From Ostrea edulis (taxonomy: Eukaryota), in assembly GCF_947568905.1 (NCBI RefSeq), contig NC_079168.1:28582001-28646000 (forward strand): 64,000 nt of DNA. The letters are read 5' to 3'. Of this stretch, positions 26,969-39,719 are shown in pieces (position 1 is the stretch's first letter; every line of letters starts with the position of its first letter). The translations under genes and the position numbers were made by a program. Under the pieces are notes generated by a model that was not told where the DNA came from, ran no database searches, and was given only the letters and a program-made list of their open reading frames with translations.

Positions 26969-27367
26969 TAAGCTACCTAAGACTACAAAATGTTTTTGCT
27001 ACACATTCAATCCAATCTTTTATAATTGTTTAGTCTCCATGGTGATCAATATCCTTATTCGTGTCAGACTGACGTTGTAATGACGTGTGTCATTGTATTT
27101 TTGTATCTTAATATCAAGAAGATTCCAATGTCAATTTTGTTTAAGGTGTTCGAGTTATATATTTGATACTCGGGGGATTTCCCTCTCACAAGGGTTGTAA
27201 ATAAGTTCCAACTTCTTCAATCGACATTTAAGAATGGTTATTTCAACTAAGCATTCTGTTGTTAAACAACTGCGTTACTGAGAAAAAAGATAGTATTTTG
27301 TAATGCAAGTAGCATAAAATGGAGAGGATAAATGTATAATTCGTGTTTTCTTGTTTTAACACAGACC

Positions 27368-27910
27368 ATGGAGACCACGACGGAGGTGTTCGACACCACC
27401 ACCCCCGCGTTCAACACCACCACCGTGTCCATCGTCGATGATTCGGGTTTGAGCGTGGAATACTTGTTTGCCATTGGAATCGCCGTCTTCTTCATTCTCA
27501 CCTGTTGTAGTAGGGGACGTCCCGGAAATAACAGAAACAATAGTAATCGCAACAGCGGCTGTCATTGCGGAGATTGTGGCTGCCCACGTGGCCGAATGTT
27601 GGAATCATGCAGATGTAGGGAATGTGCAGCAGTGTTACGCTCGTGTTCAGTTCGGTGCGTGTCAAAATGTTCTTTGATTTGTGAATGGTTTAGAACCTGT
27701 TTGAGTGACAGCAATAACGCGAATTCTGATGTTGAAGTGGCACCATCTCCTCCTGTGACGATATCCCGTCAGTTTTCAGAAATTGTGGAGCACCGCACAG
27801 ACAATATTAACGACAATCCCTCAACAAACGAACTGCCACCTCCGTTGTACGATAGCATTGTGTCCAACCCGTCTCAGCCACCCCCAAGCTACGAGGAAGT
27901 GATGCGGTGA
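27368..27910 (+). CDS. Single-pass Cys-rich PPxY membrane protein (paralogue 3, 180 aa from METTTE)
   Basis: Acceptor AG at 27363-64, then accATG; start chosen by homology rather than the ORF-track ATG at 27332; PPPLYDSI...PPPSYEEVMR. Confidence 0.9.
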   Translation: METTTEVFDTTTPAFNTTTVSIVDDSGLSVEYLFAIGIAVFFILTCCSRGRPGNNRNNSNRNSGCHCGDCGCPRGRMLESCRCRECAAVLRSCSVRCVSKCSLICEWFRTCLSDSNNANSDVEVAPSPPVTISRQFSEIVEHRTDNINDNPSTNELPPPLYDSIVSNPSQPPPSYEEVMR

Positions 27911-28431
27911 TGTTGATTAATTTTATGGTTTACGGGCGATTTTACGTCAGAGGGGTAACATCGCATATAACATTAGTCTCAAATATACTTTGAAGAACGG
28001 GTCCACCTTTGCAAAATTATACAATGATACTACAGGTATATGCATGTTACTGCAGATGTTCAATGTTCAATAACAGTTTTTATCGAAACTTTTCCTAATC
28101 TGTGTCAGATGATAAATTCTTTGAAATGGAAAACATTTGAAACTTTTCTTTTTGAAATTATGAACCAGCTGCGAAACAACTCGCAGAATATTTCATTTTT
28201 GACAATTTATCATTGCATCAGATTTAATGAAAGAAATGAATAGGTTTTATACGTCTTGTCCAGAAGTTTTTAATGATATTGAGACGTGACTAGGTGTAGG
28301 CGTGATACCACAAAGGAGCAATTTAGTGTAACAAAATAAAAGACACACAGAGGATAACAGTTTTCCGGAAAAAGGTACATTTTCATATCAACTTTTAGTG
28401 GGGTTTTTTGGGTAGCATACGTTTGAATTTT

Positions 28432-28880
28432 TCAGATTTGTAATTTCAACTTCCCATATTTGTGTAGCAATATTTTCAATGTCGCCGGCATATTACGTTT
28501 ACATTAAATGTCTCTCAGCTGATTCGTTATGCAAGGTCATGTTCTGCGTAAGACGGTGGAGAAGCTGAAGTCATCCCGTTTGTCATAAAGCTGTGAGGAT
28601 ATTCTATGGCCAATAAAATATACAAATATGATGCAGGCATGGTAGACTCTGTAGTCTCTTTTATTTCAAGGTCACTGGGATATAACAAATTGCTACATGA
28701 ATATGGAACGTTTATAAATGGGGAACTGAGGTTATCCAGTTCGTCATAAAGTTGAGTTGTTAGTTTATCGTTAACGCGTCTATATTCAATAAAATATCCA
28801 AAAGGAAGCAGATATGGAAGACGCTATGGTGTCTTATTTCGAGTTCACTGGGATTTATCGAATCGACATATGAATGAAAA
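28432..28880 (-). mobile_element. Two degenerate Naiad-like RT fragments
   Basis: Minus-strand ...TTQLYDKRD..F.IVNFPY remnants; compare 60050-60250. Confidence 0.65.
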
Positions 28881-29339
28881 TGAAGATAAGATTTTATCAA
28901 CATGCCTAAAGGGACAAACATCATAATTCGCATTCAACGATATAGATCGAACTATCTCGACCCACTAACTTTATCTCACCTTTATAAGCCACTCGTATTT
29001 GATGTCTTCATGCTTTTCAACATTTTGTTTGTAAAAATACACAAAACTTTCCTACAAAGATCTATAATGCACACAGCATAAAACACAGTGGAACATCAAA
29101 ATGATTAAGCACTGTGATTTTCACCGTGTCCGGTCTATCGCCCTAAAGTCAGAGCCTCTGTTCCATTCCGTCGAAATCTTATGAAATCATCTTGATGAAA
29201 TTTATTTGTAAGCTCATTGCAATTTTCCTTGAACAAACTCCAGATATCTAAAATACTGTCACGCCATCTTTCTAGATATTTTCACATTACAGGTTCCTGC
29301 TCGTAAACTTTAGCGTATTGTAACTCGAGATGGGATTAG

Positions 29340-29540
29340 ATCTCTAACAATCTCCATTACTTTCTCTTCACCGAACTCTCTAACAATCTCCATAACTTTC
29401 TCTCCGCCTAAATCTCTAACAATCTCCATAACTTTCTCTGCGCCAAACTCTCTAACAATTTCCATAACTTTTTCTCTGCCCAAATTTCTAACAATCTCCA
29501 TAACTTTCTCTCCGCCTAAATCTCTAACAATCTCCGTATC
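29340..29540. repeat. 36-bp minisatellite (~5 units)
   Basis: Unit tctctaacaatctccataactttctctccgcctaaa. Confidence 0.9.
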
Positions 29541-29552
29541 ATTCTCTGTCAT

Positions 29553-30565
29553 GTGTAATATACAAATGCCGTGTGTAATATACAAATGCCGTGTGTAATA
29601 TACAAATGTCGTGTGTAATATACAAATGTCGTGTGTAATATACAAATGTCGTGTGTAATATACAAATGTCGTGTGTAATATACAAATGCCGTGTGTAATA
29701 TACAAATGTCGTGTGTAATATACAAATGTCGTGTGTAATATACAAATGTCGTGTGTAATATACAAATGCCGTGTGTAATATACAAATGTCGTGTGTAATA
29801 TACAAATGTCGTGTGTAATATACAAATGCCGTGTGTAATATACAAATGTCGTGTGTAACATACAAATGTCGTGTGTAATATACAAATGTGTGTAATATAC
29901 AAATGTCGTGTGTAATATACGAATGTCGTGTGTAATATCGTGTGTAATATACAAATGTCGTGTGTAATATACAAATGTCGTGTGTAACATACAAATGTCG
30001 TGTGTAACATACAAATGTCGTGTGTAATATACAAATGTCGTGTGTAACATACAAATGTCGTGTGTAACATACAAATGTCGTGTGTAATATACAAATGTCG
30101 TGTGTAATATACAAATGTGTGTAATATACGAATATCGTGTGTAATATACGAATGTCGTGTGTAATATACAAATGTCGTGTGTAATATACAAATGTGTGTA
30201 ATATACAAATGTGTGTAATATATGAATGTCGTGTGTAACATACGAATGTCGTGTGTAACATACAAATGTCGTGTGTAACATACGAATGTCGTGTGTAATA
30301 TACGAATGTCGTGTGTAATATACGAATGTCGTGTGTAATATACGAATGTCGTGTGTAATATATGAATGTCGTGTGTAACATACGAATGTCGTGTGTAATA
30401 TACAAATGTCGTGTGTAATATACAAATGTGTGTAATATACGAATATCGTGTGTAATATACGAATGTCGTGTGTAATATACAAATGTCGTGTGTAATATAC
30501 AAATGTGTGTAATATACGAATGTCGTGTGTAATATACGAATGTCGTGTGTAATGTACGAATGTCG
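29553..30565. repeat. 20-bp minisatellite (~50 units)
   Basis: Unit gtgtgtaatatacaaatgtc, with occasional 2-3 bp deletions. Confidence 0.97.
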
Positions 30566-30681
30566 TGCATCATGCGTTACATGTACTACGTCATTTATGA
30601 AATATTTCTGTGGAATATGATTAAGAGTAGTCGTTTTTAATTTGTATCAGTAAAATATCTACAAGTGTACTAACAGCTGCC

Positions 30682-31118
30682 GGTGTTATAGAGCCAGACT
30701 TCCCCCCGGAAGTCTGGCTCTAGAGTGAGCCTCCCCCCCAGGGACTAGAGCCAAATCCCCCCCCCCCTCCAGAACAAGCCTCCCCCCTGCGGAAGTCTGG
30801 CTCTAGAGTGAGCCTTCCTCCTGCGGAAGTCTGGCTTTAGAGTGAGCCTTCCCCCTGCGGAAGTCTGGCTCTAGAGTGAACCTTCCTCCCGGAAGTCTGG
30901 CAATAGAATGAGCCTTCCCCCTGCGGAAGTCTGGCTCTAGAGTGAACCTTCCTCCCGGAAGTCTGGCTATAGAGTGAGCCTTCCCCCTGCGGAAGTCTGG
31001 CTCTAGAGTGAACCTTCCTCCCGGAAGTCTGGCTCTAGAGTGAGCCTTCCCCCCAGCAGACTTGCTCTAGAATAAACCTTATCCCCAGGGGGAAGACTCA
31101 CTCTAGAGCCATAACACT
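30682..31118. mobile_element. MITE-like element with internal ~30-34 bp repeats
   Basis: Termini gtgttat...ataacac; repeated ggaagtctggctctagagtgagccttcccc with an inverted unit near the right end. Confidence 0.6.
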
Positions 31119-31632
31119 CTCTTGAAGAAGTCTCGCTCTAGAGGAAAACCCCCGCTTTCATCCCCTCCTGCGCAAACTATGAAATAAATTTTAGTTTATC
31201 GGACAGGGAATTACCTACCTACCTGCCTACCTACCTACATGTACCTACCTACCTGAAGTTGTACAAGTTTAAAAGCATAACCGATATTTGTACGTAGATG
31301 GGAAGAAACATAAATTCGAAATTTCCTCATTTCATTTTTCAAACTTCTAAAACTAACCAAGGCATAGCTATTGTGTGGGTCAAAGTTGAAGGTCTATGGG
31401 TCAAACAAAATGACTTATTAATACCAATGTATTTTATTCACCGTTTTCTTCTCTTGAGTTTAATGAACAACTTAAGCAAATGCTGAAAAAGGTTTTGGTA
31501 TCTAAACAATCTCCATAAAGTGATAGTAGTTTACCAGGAATAAATGAAGGGAGAAGTCCTGCTATGGGGGAAGGCTCACTCTACAACACCGGGACGATCC
31601 TGTCGGAGTCATGAATGAAAAGTGTAACACTG

Positions 31633-32550
31633 TATGTAAATGTGTACTGATCCAGATAGATTTCACTAGAGAAAACATTGGCATGTTACTGATCCAGATA
31701 GATTTCACTAGAGAAAGCATTGACATGTTACTGATGCAGATAGAGTTCACTAGAGAAAGCATTGACATGTTACTGATGCAGATAGAGTTCACTAGAGAAA
31801 GCATTGACATTTTAGTGATCCAGATATATTTCACTAGAGAAAACATTGACATGTTACTGATGAAGATAGAGTTCACTAGAGAAAGAATTGACATGTTACT
31901 GATGCAGATAGATTTCACTAGAGAAAGCATTGACATGTTAGTGATGCAGATATATTTCACTAGAGAAAGCATTGACATGTTACTGATACAGATAGAGTTC
32001 ACTAGAGAAAGCATTGACATTTTAGTGATCCAGATATATTTCACTAGAGAAAACATTGACATGTTACTGATGAAGATAGAGTTCACTAGAGAAAGAATTG
32101 ACATGTTACTGATGCAGATAGATTTCACTAGAGAAAGCATTGACATGTTAGTGATGCAGATATATTTCACTAGAGAAAGCATTGACATGTTACTGATACA
32201 GATAGAGTTCACTAGAGAAAGCATTGACATGTTAGTGATGCAGATAGATTTCACTAGAGAAAGCATTGACATGTTACTGATGCAGATAGATTTCACTAGA
32301 GAAAGCATTGACATGTTACTGATGCAGATAGAGTTCACTAGAGAAAGCATTGACATGTTACTGATGCAGATAGATTTCACTAGAGAAAGCATTGACATGT
32401 TACTGATGCAGATAGAGTTCACTAGAGAAAGCATTGACATGTTACTGATGCAGATAGAGTTCACTAGAGAAAGCATTGACATGTTACTGATGCAGATAGA
32501 GTTCACTAGAGAAAGCATTGACATGTTACTGATCCAGATATATTTCACTG
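31633..32550. repeat. 42-bp minisatellite with a 210-bp (5-unit) higher-order duplication
   Basis: Unit tactgatgcagatagagttcactagagaaagcattgacatgt; the variant unit gcattgacattttagtgatcc recurs at 31801 and 32011. Confidence 0.95.
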
Positions 32551-32663
32551 GTATATTTTCTTCATTATTGTCAATAAAAATTGTCACAAAATTAAAGAAG
32601 ACAAAAGAGAGTATCACTGATAACAGAATGTGTCAGTCTAGAAATCGGAGTAATGTAGCGCTA

Positions 32664-32849
32664 GGAGTCCTTGTCCATTTAAAGTTATTAAACTGAAATT
32701 TAAAGCGTTCATCTGATCGCGATGGTATTTCTCTAGGTAAAATGGGTATTTAAATATAACACAACGAATATGGAAATGTCGAAATGTACAATGTATGTGC
32801 AATATACCGATACAGTACTCACGAGGATATCCTTCACTTAAACGTACAT
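32664..32849 (+). promoter_or_regulatory. Putative promoter and exon 1 of paralogue 4
   Basis: ggagtccttgtccatttaaag, gatcgcgat, aggtaaaatgggtatttaaat, tactcacgaggatatccttcact; GTAAGT donor at 32850. Confidence 0.55.
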
Positions 32850-33214
32850 GTAAGTATCGACCTATTCACCCATTTAACATAGGGTTCAGTCATCAATGTG
32901 TATGACAATAGTGACCGGAATGTCGTTGAATATCTAATCCTGTTTAATGTTTGATATTGATCGATACGTATCACCAGTCAATAACACACACGTAACAGTG
33001 TACGTATTGTACAAGGTTGGAAAAGTCAGTTGTTAAGAAACAGAAATACTATCTTTATGTTAGCGAGGAAGAACTAATGATTGTGTGCGGCATTTACAGT
33101 CTTATATGTTCTCTCTGTAACTGATATCAGGTGGATATTTAAAAACAGTCACGGATCAAAAGAGACATTGCACAAAACTGAATTAATAAATCTATAAATA
33201 GTTGAAGCTGGCAC

Positions 33215-34427
33215 CTAATACACACTTACAAACACGCCTAATACACACTTACAAACACACCTAATACACATTTACAAACACATCTAATACACACTTACAA
33301 ACACACCTAATACACACTTACAAACGCACCTAATACACACTTACAAACACACACCGACTTATAAATACACCTAATACACACTTACACTCACACCTAATAC
33401 ACACTTACACTCACACCTAATATACACTTACAATCACACCTAGTACATACTTACAAACACGCCTAATACACACTTACAAACACGACTAATACACACTTAC
33501 AAACACACCTAATACACCTTACAAACACACCTAATACACACTTACAAACACACCTAATACACCTTACAAACACACCTAATACACAATTACAAACACACCT
33601 AATACATACTTATAAACACAACTAATACAGTCATACAAACATACCTAATACACACTTACAAACACAACTAAGACACCCTTACAAACACACCTAATACACA
33701 CTTACAAACACACCTAATACACACTTACAAACACACCTAATACACACTTACAAACACACCTAATACACACATACAATCACACCTAATACACCCTTACAAA
33801 CACACCTAATACACACTTACAAGCACACCTAATACACCCTTACAAACACACCTAATACATACTTACAAACACACCTAATACACACTTACAAACACACCTA
33901 ATACATACTCACAATCACACCTAATACAACCTTACAAACACACCTAATACAACCTTACAAACACACCTAATACACACTTACAAACACACCTAATAAACCT
34001 TACAAACACACCTAATACACACTCACAATCACACCTAATACAACCTTACAAACACACCTAATACAACCTTACAAACACACCTAGAACACCCTTACAAACA
34101 CACCTAATACAACCTTACAAACACACCTAATACACACTTACAATCACACCTAATACACACTTACAAACACACCTAATACACACTTACAAACACACCTAAT
34201 ACACCCTTACAAACACACCTAATACACACTTACAATCACACCTAATACACACTTACACTCACACCTAATACACCCTTACAAACACACCTAATACACACTT
34301 ACAATCACACCTAATACACACTTACAAACACACCTAATACACACTTACAAACACACCTAATACACACTTACAAACACACCTAATACACACTTACAAACAC
34401 ACCTATTTCACACTTACAAACACACAC
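33215..34427. repeat. 22-23 bp minisatellite inside the predicted intron of paralogue 4
   Basis: Unit acaaacacacctaatacacactt. Confidence 0.97.
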
Positions 34428-34532
34428 TGTCGTTACATGCTGTTTATCCCTTTGAATTCTCTGATCAGGAGATATCTGTCTTATAGCAAAAGAATGAATG
34501 CATGTTCCTCTTTGTCTTGAAAGGTTAACATC

Positions 34533-35402
34533 ATGGATACAACAACAGTGTCAGTGGCCACCACCACTCCATCAATGACTGACGAAGAACGTTGGTTTGG
34601 ATGGTTCAGCGCGGTTTTCCTTTTTGGTTTTCTCTGCTGCTGTAAGTCTCGTCATCGTGAATCTCTTAAAGAATGTTGCGCCGGATTTTTCAGGCATTTA
34701 CTGGACTGTATTTCAGAATTTTTCAACGTATGTAAAACAGAAATATGTAAGTGTTTCGGTGCGTTAACATCAAATTGCTCATTCTGTAAACGATCGAGAC
34801 TCTACGTAAGTGACACCACTGAACGCACAGATGCCGAGGCAGAATCATCCCAACATCTAGTAGTTATGAGTGTGTCTGGTCAGTTTTCAGAACTTAACGA
34901 GGACCAAACGGAAAATGGTGATGAAAACCCTTCTGTCAGTGCGGTTCCACCTCCGTCGTACGATAGCCTTGTATTTAATCCCATACAACCATCCACAAGT
35001 TACCACGCAGAAAGGGATGATGAAAATCCTTTAGTTAGTGTGATCCCACCTCCGTCTTATGAAGGTCTTGTGTCTAATCATGCGGAACCATCACCAAGTT
35101 ACCACACAGAAAGTGATGACGAAAACTCCCCAGTCAGTATGATCCCACCTCCGTCGTACGATAGTCTTGTGCCTAACTCCTCTCAACCATCCCCAAGTCA
35201 TCACACAGAAAGTGATGACGAAAACTCCCCAGTCAGTGTGATCCCACCTCCGTCTTATGAAGGTCTTGTGTCTAATCATGCGGAACCTTCACCAAGTTAC
35301 CACACAGAAAGTGATGACGAAAATTCCCCAGTCAGTATGATCCCACCTCCGTCGTACGATAGTCTTGTGCCTAACTCCTCTCAACCATCACCAAGTTACT
35401 AG
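34533..35402 (+). CDS. Single-pass Cys-rich membrane protein with five 33-aa PPxY repeats (paralogue 4, 289 aa)
   Basis: Acceptor AG at 34522-23; TM WFGWFSAVFLFGFLCCC; 99-bp repeats from ~34919; TAG at 35400 lies five codons before the ancestral-position TGA at 35415. Confidence 0.85.
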   Translation: MDTTTVSVATTTPSMTDEERWFGWFSAVFLFGFLCCCKSRHRESLKECCAGFFRHLLDCISEFFNVCKTEICKCFGALTSNCSFCKRSRLYVSDTTERTDAEAESSQHLVVMSVSGQFSELNEDQTENGDENPSVSAVPPPSYDSLVFNPIQPSTSYHAERDDENPLVSVIPPPSYEGLVSNHAEPSPSYHTESDDENSPVSMIPPPSYDSLVPNSSQPSPSHHTESDDENSPVSVIPPPSYEGLVSNHAEPSPSYHTESDDENSPVSMIPPPSYDSLVPNSSQPSPSY

Positions 35403-36301
35403 GAGGTCCTGCGCTGAAGATCAAGGTACATATTTTGAGTTGATACTGACAATGCATCCACTTAATTTTCCTTATACACTGAAGATGTTACTTGGAAATC
35501 ATGTGAAAGACTGTCAGCATTGTTGCTGTATGATGACTTAGGGATGACAATGATAATATTGAAATATCAATTGTAAGTCAAAGGTGAGGGAGCTAACTCG
35601 AGAGAGGGTTCAGAACACCGATCCACAGTCACAGCATAAACTCCGCCCACCATTGTTACGTCATATAGCAACAACGGAAACTCGGACAAAGACAGTAAAC
35701 AATGGCGGCGACTGCAAACACTTTCGAGATAATCCTGGTCTAACCTATGTTAGCTTACTTTAAATGTGTCACCATTTCATCCCGTGTGAAGTAGAGGGGT
35801 TGATTTTGTAACTCACCCAAAAAACAACTTGAAAATCACAATGAAATTTTAGACCTAACGTTAGGCTGACGATGCTCACTCGGGTTAATTTTGTAATACT
35901 TATGTCGTTGATGATTGTTAACGCCCTTGTAAGGCAGTCTGTTGAGATTTGTTTTTCATATATTCATTCAATATCTACATTCATTGGTCTGCTAACTGAT
36001 TAAAATGTTAAGACTTGTTAGATTGATCACTGTTTGTTATCTTCACCTTTCATATCGTAATAATCAACATGATGTCACTGTCTCGGAATACTCTGATTTA
36101 TATAGGCCCATCAACTACTTACATACTGAAGGCTTGTTCTGAGGTAAGATATCAAAAGGAGTTCACCCCGATTCTTCTCTTTTGAATAAATTAAATCAGA
36201 TCTATGCACAGTTATAGTAATACAGGCCCCCTAATAGATTACCGCACTTGTCTGTGTTTAGTTATTCTGTAAAACACGATCAGCAATAATACTATATTTA
36301 T

Positions 36302-36672
36302 AGGTTATAGACTTTGTATAGGAAAATATGACGACCGAGTTTTTTGGCGCGTAAACGGACCGAGCTTGCGAGGTCCGTTCGCGACAAAAAACGAGGTCGT
36401 CATATTTCCCATACAAAGTCTATAACCTTTTTATTACATACTTTCAATTTCATTTAGAAACTAACAATAATTTTATTTTTAACAATAACTTTATCGATTT
36501 AACTGAGTAAAAGATGAAAAACACGAAAAATTTGAAAATAAACGGCGTAGAAATTTGATTGTGACGTAATGTTTGCGGGCTGGAATGTTTCCGGGCATAT
36601 ATCGTGTACGTGATATATGCTCGCAAACTTTTAAAGAAAAAAGAAGAGATGAAATTGAAAGTATATAATAAA
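36302..36672. mobile_element. Element built of adjacent and nested inverted repeats (Crypton-like or fold-back candidate)
   Basis: 127-nt hairpin at 36302-36428; second IR at 36430-36453 / 36649-36672; third hairpin gcatatatc-gtgtacgt-gatatatgc. Confidence 0.5.
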
Positions 36673-37344
36673 GTACATCATGGTATTTTAATAAACTATC
36701 TGGAACATGTGCTCATACATGTAACGGTATAAACTGTCCAGTAATGTAAATAGTGGCGGAATTGAACCCCCTTCTGTTTGTGACCCCCCCCCCCCCCCCC
36801 CAAAGGATAAAGATCACAAATAAATTTTTATTGATTGATTTGATTATATATTGAAATTAGCTAGAGTAACCAACAAAGTATCATAAAACGCTTCAAGACT
36901 CTGCAGTCCTCAACCTATTGACCTCTACTGACCTCCTTTGGCAAATCTTAGATCTGCCTCTGGTAAACATTTTAAACTAAATGAGGCTTTTACAAAGCTT
37001 CCATGCACTTGGTTGCCCCATCAGTGGAACAAGCTAAGAGGTTTTAAATTCAACCCGCGTCTGTTTCATCCGTGGTATTTTCAAAGTCCAAACCAACTTT
37101 TTAACCAGGATTGCACATGGAAATTAGGCGACACTAAAAATCCTTGCACTTACAACTATAGTTATATAGTGATCGCTATAAACAATAAATTAACCCTCCC
37201 AGATGTAATTTTATCAGCATGTCGAAAGTAACAAAAATCATACTACGCATTTAACTATACATCTACGAGTATCTAGATCCGCTTTATTAATAGCTCTCTA
37301 CAATTGCCAATATTTGTCAGTTCTTTCCCCTACTTCAAACATAG

Positions 37345-37640
37345 GTGGCGCAAGATGTAGAGGCTGCGTCAACCTCAAGTCGGATACTCGTGAGTGTATT
37401 CAAGCAATTTTCAGAACCTGACGAGAACCACACAGAGAGTGATGGCGAATACCTCCGTGTGATTACTATACGCCCTACGATAGGCTTTTGTCCAACCACG
37501 CGGAACCACCACCAAGTAACCGCACAGAAAGTGATGACGAAAACTCTCCAGTCAGTGTAGTTCCACCTCCGTCTTACGATGGTGTTGTGTCTAATCTCAC
37601 TTCCCCCTCCCTACCAAGGTCATGCATTGAAGATCGAGGT
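37345..37640 (+). pseudogene. Frameshifted 3'-half relic of a paralogue-4-like gene (copy 5)
   Basis: VSVFKQFSEPDENHTESDGE..., SNHAEPPPSNRTESDDENSPVSVVPPPSYDGVVSN; 3' end tgaagatcgaggtacata matches paralogue 4; no TM/Cys part. Confidence 0.75.
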
Positions 37641-37948
37641 ACATACGTTGTTAAGAATTATAGCATCCATTTGATTTTCCATTTACACTGAAAATATTAT
37701 ATGCAGATATAGTCAACAAGTGTTAACAAGGTTTGACAACCATCGTGACAGATGTAGGACTGCCAACAACATTGATATTATCATAGTGATTGTTATCAAA
37801 GGCGTTTGTGAAGGATCTAACATCAAATAGACTGAGGACAATATGAGTAAAAAAAAATTGAAAGTCATAAATCAACACATCATATGAATTGTGAATAATT
37901 TTGTCTCTTTTCTTTTGCTTCATAACTTAAGTACGTATTTCAGAAATT

Positions 37949-37996
<48 letters not shown>

Positions 37997-38094
37997 AGTA
38001 ACCCACATATACATATACATGTACAGAGACCCGGAGTCTATCATTTATGACAAAATATTCCCAAGCATTACTGGCATGTGATATGAAGTCCCGT

Positions 38095-38880
38095 GGGGAT
38101 CCGGGTTAGAATAGGTCCTCAGTACCCCACCTCCGGGGATCCGGGTTAGAATAGGTCCTCAGTACCCCACCTCCGGGGATCTGGGTTAGAATAGGTCTTC
38201 AGTACCCCACCCCCAGGGATCCGGGTTAGAATAAGTCCTCAGTACCCCTTGCTTGTCGTAAGAGGCGACTAAATGAGGCGGTCCAAAAACCGAGGTCCCG
38301 TGTCACAGCAGGTTTGGCTCGATAACGATATCTCCTTACTAAATGGCCATAAGTGCCGGACATAGGCCTAAATTTTGCAGCCCTTCACCGGCAGTGGTGA
38401 CGTCCAAACTTCCGCCAGAGTTCGTTTGCTCACAAACCAAACTCTTCCAGTTAGGCATTATGGGATAGCGATTGTATACTGTGTGACGTCACTGTAGAAT
38501 GACGAAAAAATCCATAACGTCAAACGTAAATAGTTCAAAACAAGAACGTAAACAACAAGTTTATTACTTTACACTATAATTTGAACAGAGTCTCCCTTCT
38601 TTTTAATGATCTTTTGTTCATTTTATGTTTAAAATAAAATCCATACTTTTATATATATGCTCTTAATGTCAATATTTTCAAGCTTTAACTACGAACTACT
38701 TTTTTAGTGTTATTTGCCCGCGTGATAATCGCGGACTCACAATATACAAATCTGTATATTGTACTGCGTCACATAGGAGAGGTCTATACGTAGGTGACGT
38801 AGTGAGGCCTCGACGGGGAGTTTGTGGTGACGTCTCCATATGAGTGAAATATTTTCGAGAGGTACGTTAAACAATATTCA
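38095..38880 (+). mobile_element. SINE family A with four 40-bp 5' units, interrupted by a MITE
   Basis: ggggatccgggttagaataggtcctcagtacccc x4; the tail resumes after 38824. Confidence 0.8.
38405..38824. mobile_element. MITE (Mutator-like by TSD length) with a 10-bp TSD
   Basis: Short TIR caaacttcc...ggggagtttg; TSD tggtgacgtc at 38395-404 and 38825-834; second copy at 56001-56400. Confidence 0.85.
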
Positions 38881-39719
38881 ATCAATACGCTGCACAAACT
38901 TCGGATGCGATTGGTGTAGGCATATGTACCTATTTGTTACATTTCGCAGCCGGAACTACCTGTTAACTCTTTTCGACTCCGCGTTTGTAGATGGTTACAG
39001 ACGAATTTTCCACTGCACTGCAGTTTGGAAAGGATTGCCTTGTCATACATTTAGGGAATAAATAACTCCACGTTTGTTATTTGCGGTCGTTAATACTGAT
39101 TTGATGTCGCGTAAGCGTTAAAACGGAGGTTTCCAACCATTAAATCAGCACTGATGATCGCAATGAACAAATGAAACAGTTATTCCATTTCTAATGTAAT
39201 TTCGCAGTTAGCTTGATATGTCTTATATCGTTGGGTTTTGTTTTTCTGTTGCATGAAATATGTTATGAAATGTCTATGGTTGACGTTGTCTTCGCGTTAT
39301 TGTACTATGACGTCACAATTGAAAGCTTTCCATCTCGTTTTAGAATTTGTAATGCTCGTTTAACGTCAATCAAAAACAGCTGCATTAGGAGTCAAACAAG
39401 TACAGACAGTTCATGCTTTCCATTTTGAGAACTATTTTGTGTTGATCACATGACTGTAAAAACTTCATATGATGACAGTCCGATCACAATTTGGGCAATA
39501 AAAGAAAACGTGCAGAATTATTTCAGTCATCGGAGGTTGTCCTGCAAATACAAGGAAGTGTGTATTTCATTTCTTACATCAAATTGAAACACCTTTCTGT
39601 GATGGACTTCAACGGAAACCGGAAAAGGTTTGTGTAGCCGGACCCCACTCCGTTTATTCAGATTTCGCAATTTAAAAATAGAGACGACGGTAGGGTTTGA
39701 TATTACTACTTTGTCGGAC

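Noticed and set aside
27332-27367. ORF-track start MYNSCFLVLTQT for paralogue 3
   Set aside because: It overlaps the polypyrimidine tract and AG acceptor conserved in the other copies; homology starts at 27368.
29310-30573. Three overlapping 317-390 aa His/Tyr/Thr-rich ORFs
   Set aside because: A 20-bp unit open in all three minus-strand frames; repeat artefact.
31562-32696. 350-360 aa ORFs on both strands (14-aa repeat)
   Set aside because: A 42-bp unit divisible by three; being open on both strands is explained by the unit sequence alone.
35400-35417. Programmed read-through of the TAG in paralogue 4
   Set aside because: The TAG-G context is not a favoured read-through signal; a simple nonsense substitution is more parsimonious.
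39148-39185. CTGATGA...GAAAC as a hammerhead
   Set aside because: No stem II or stem I pairing.
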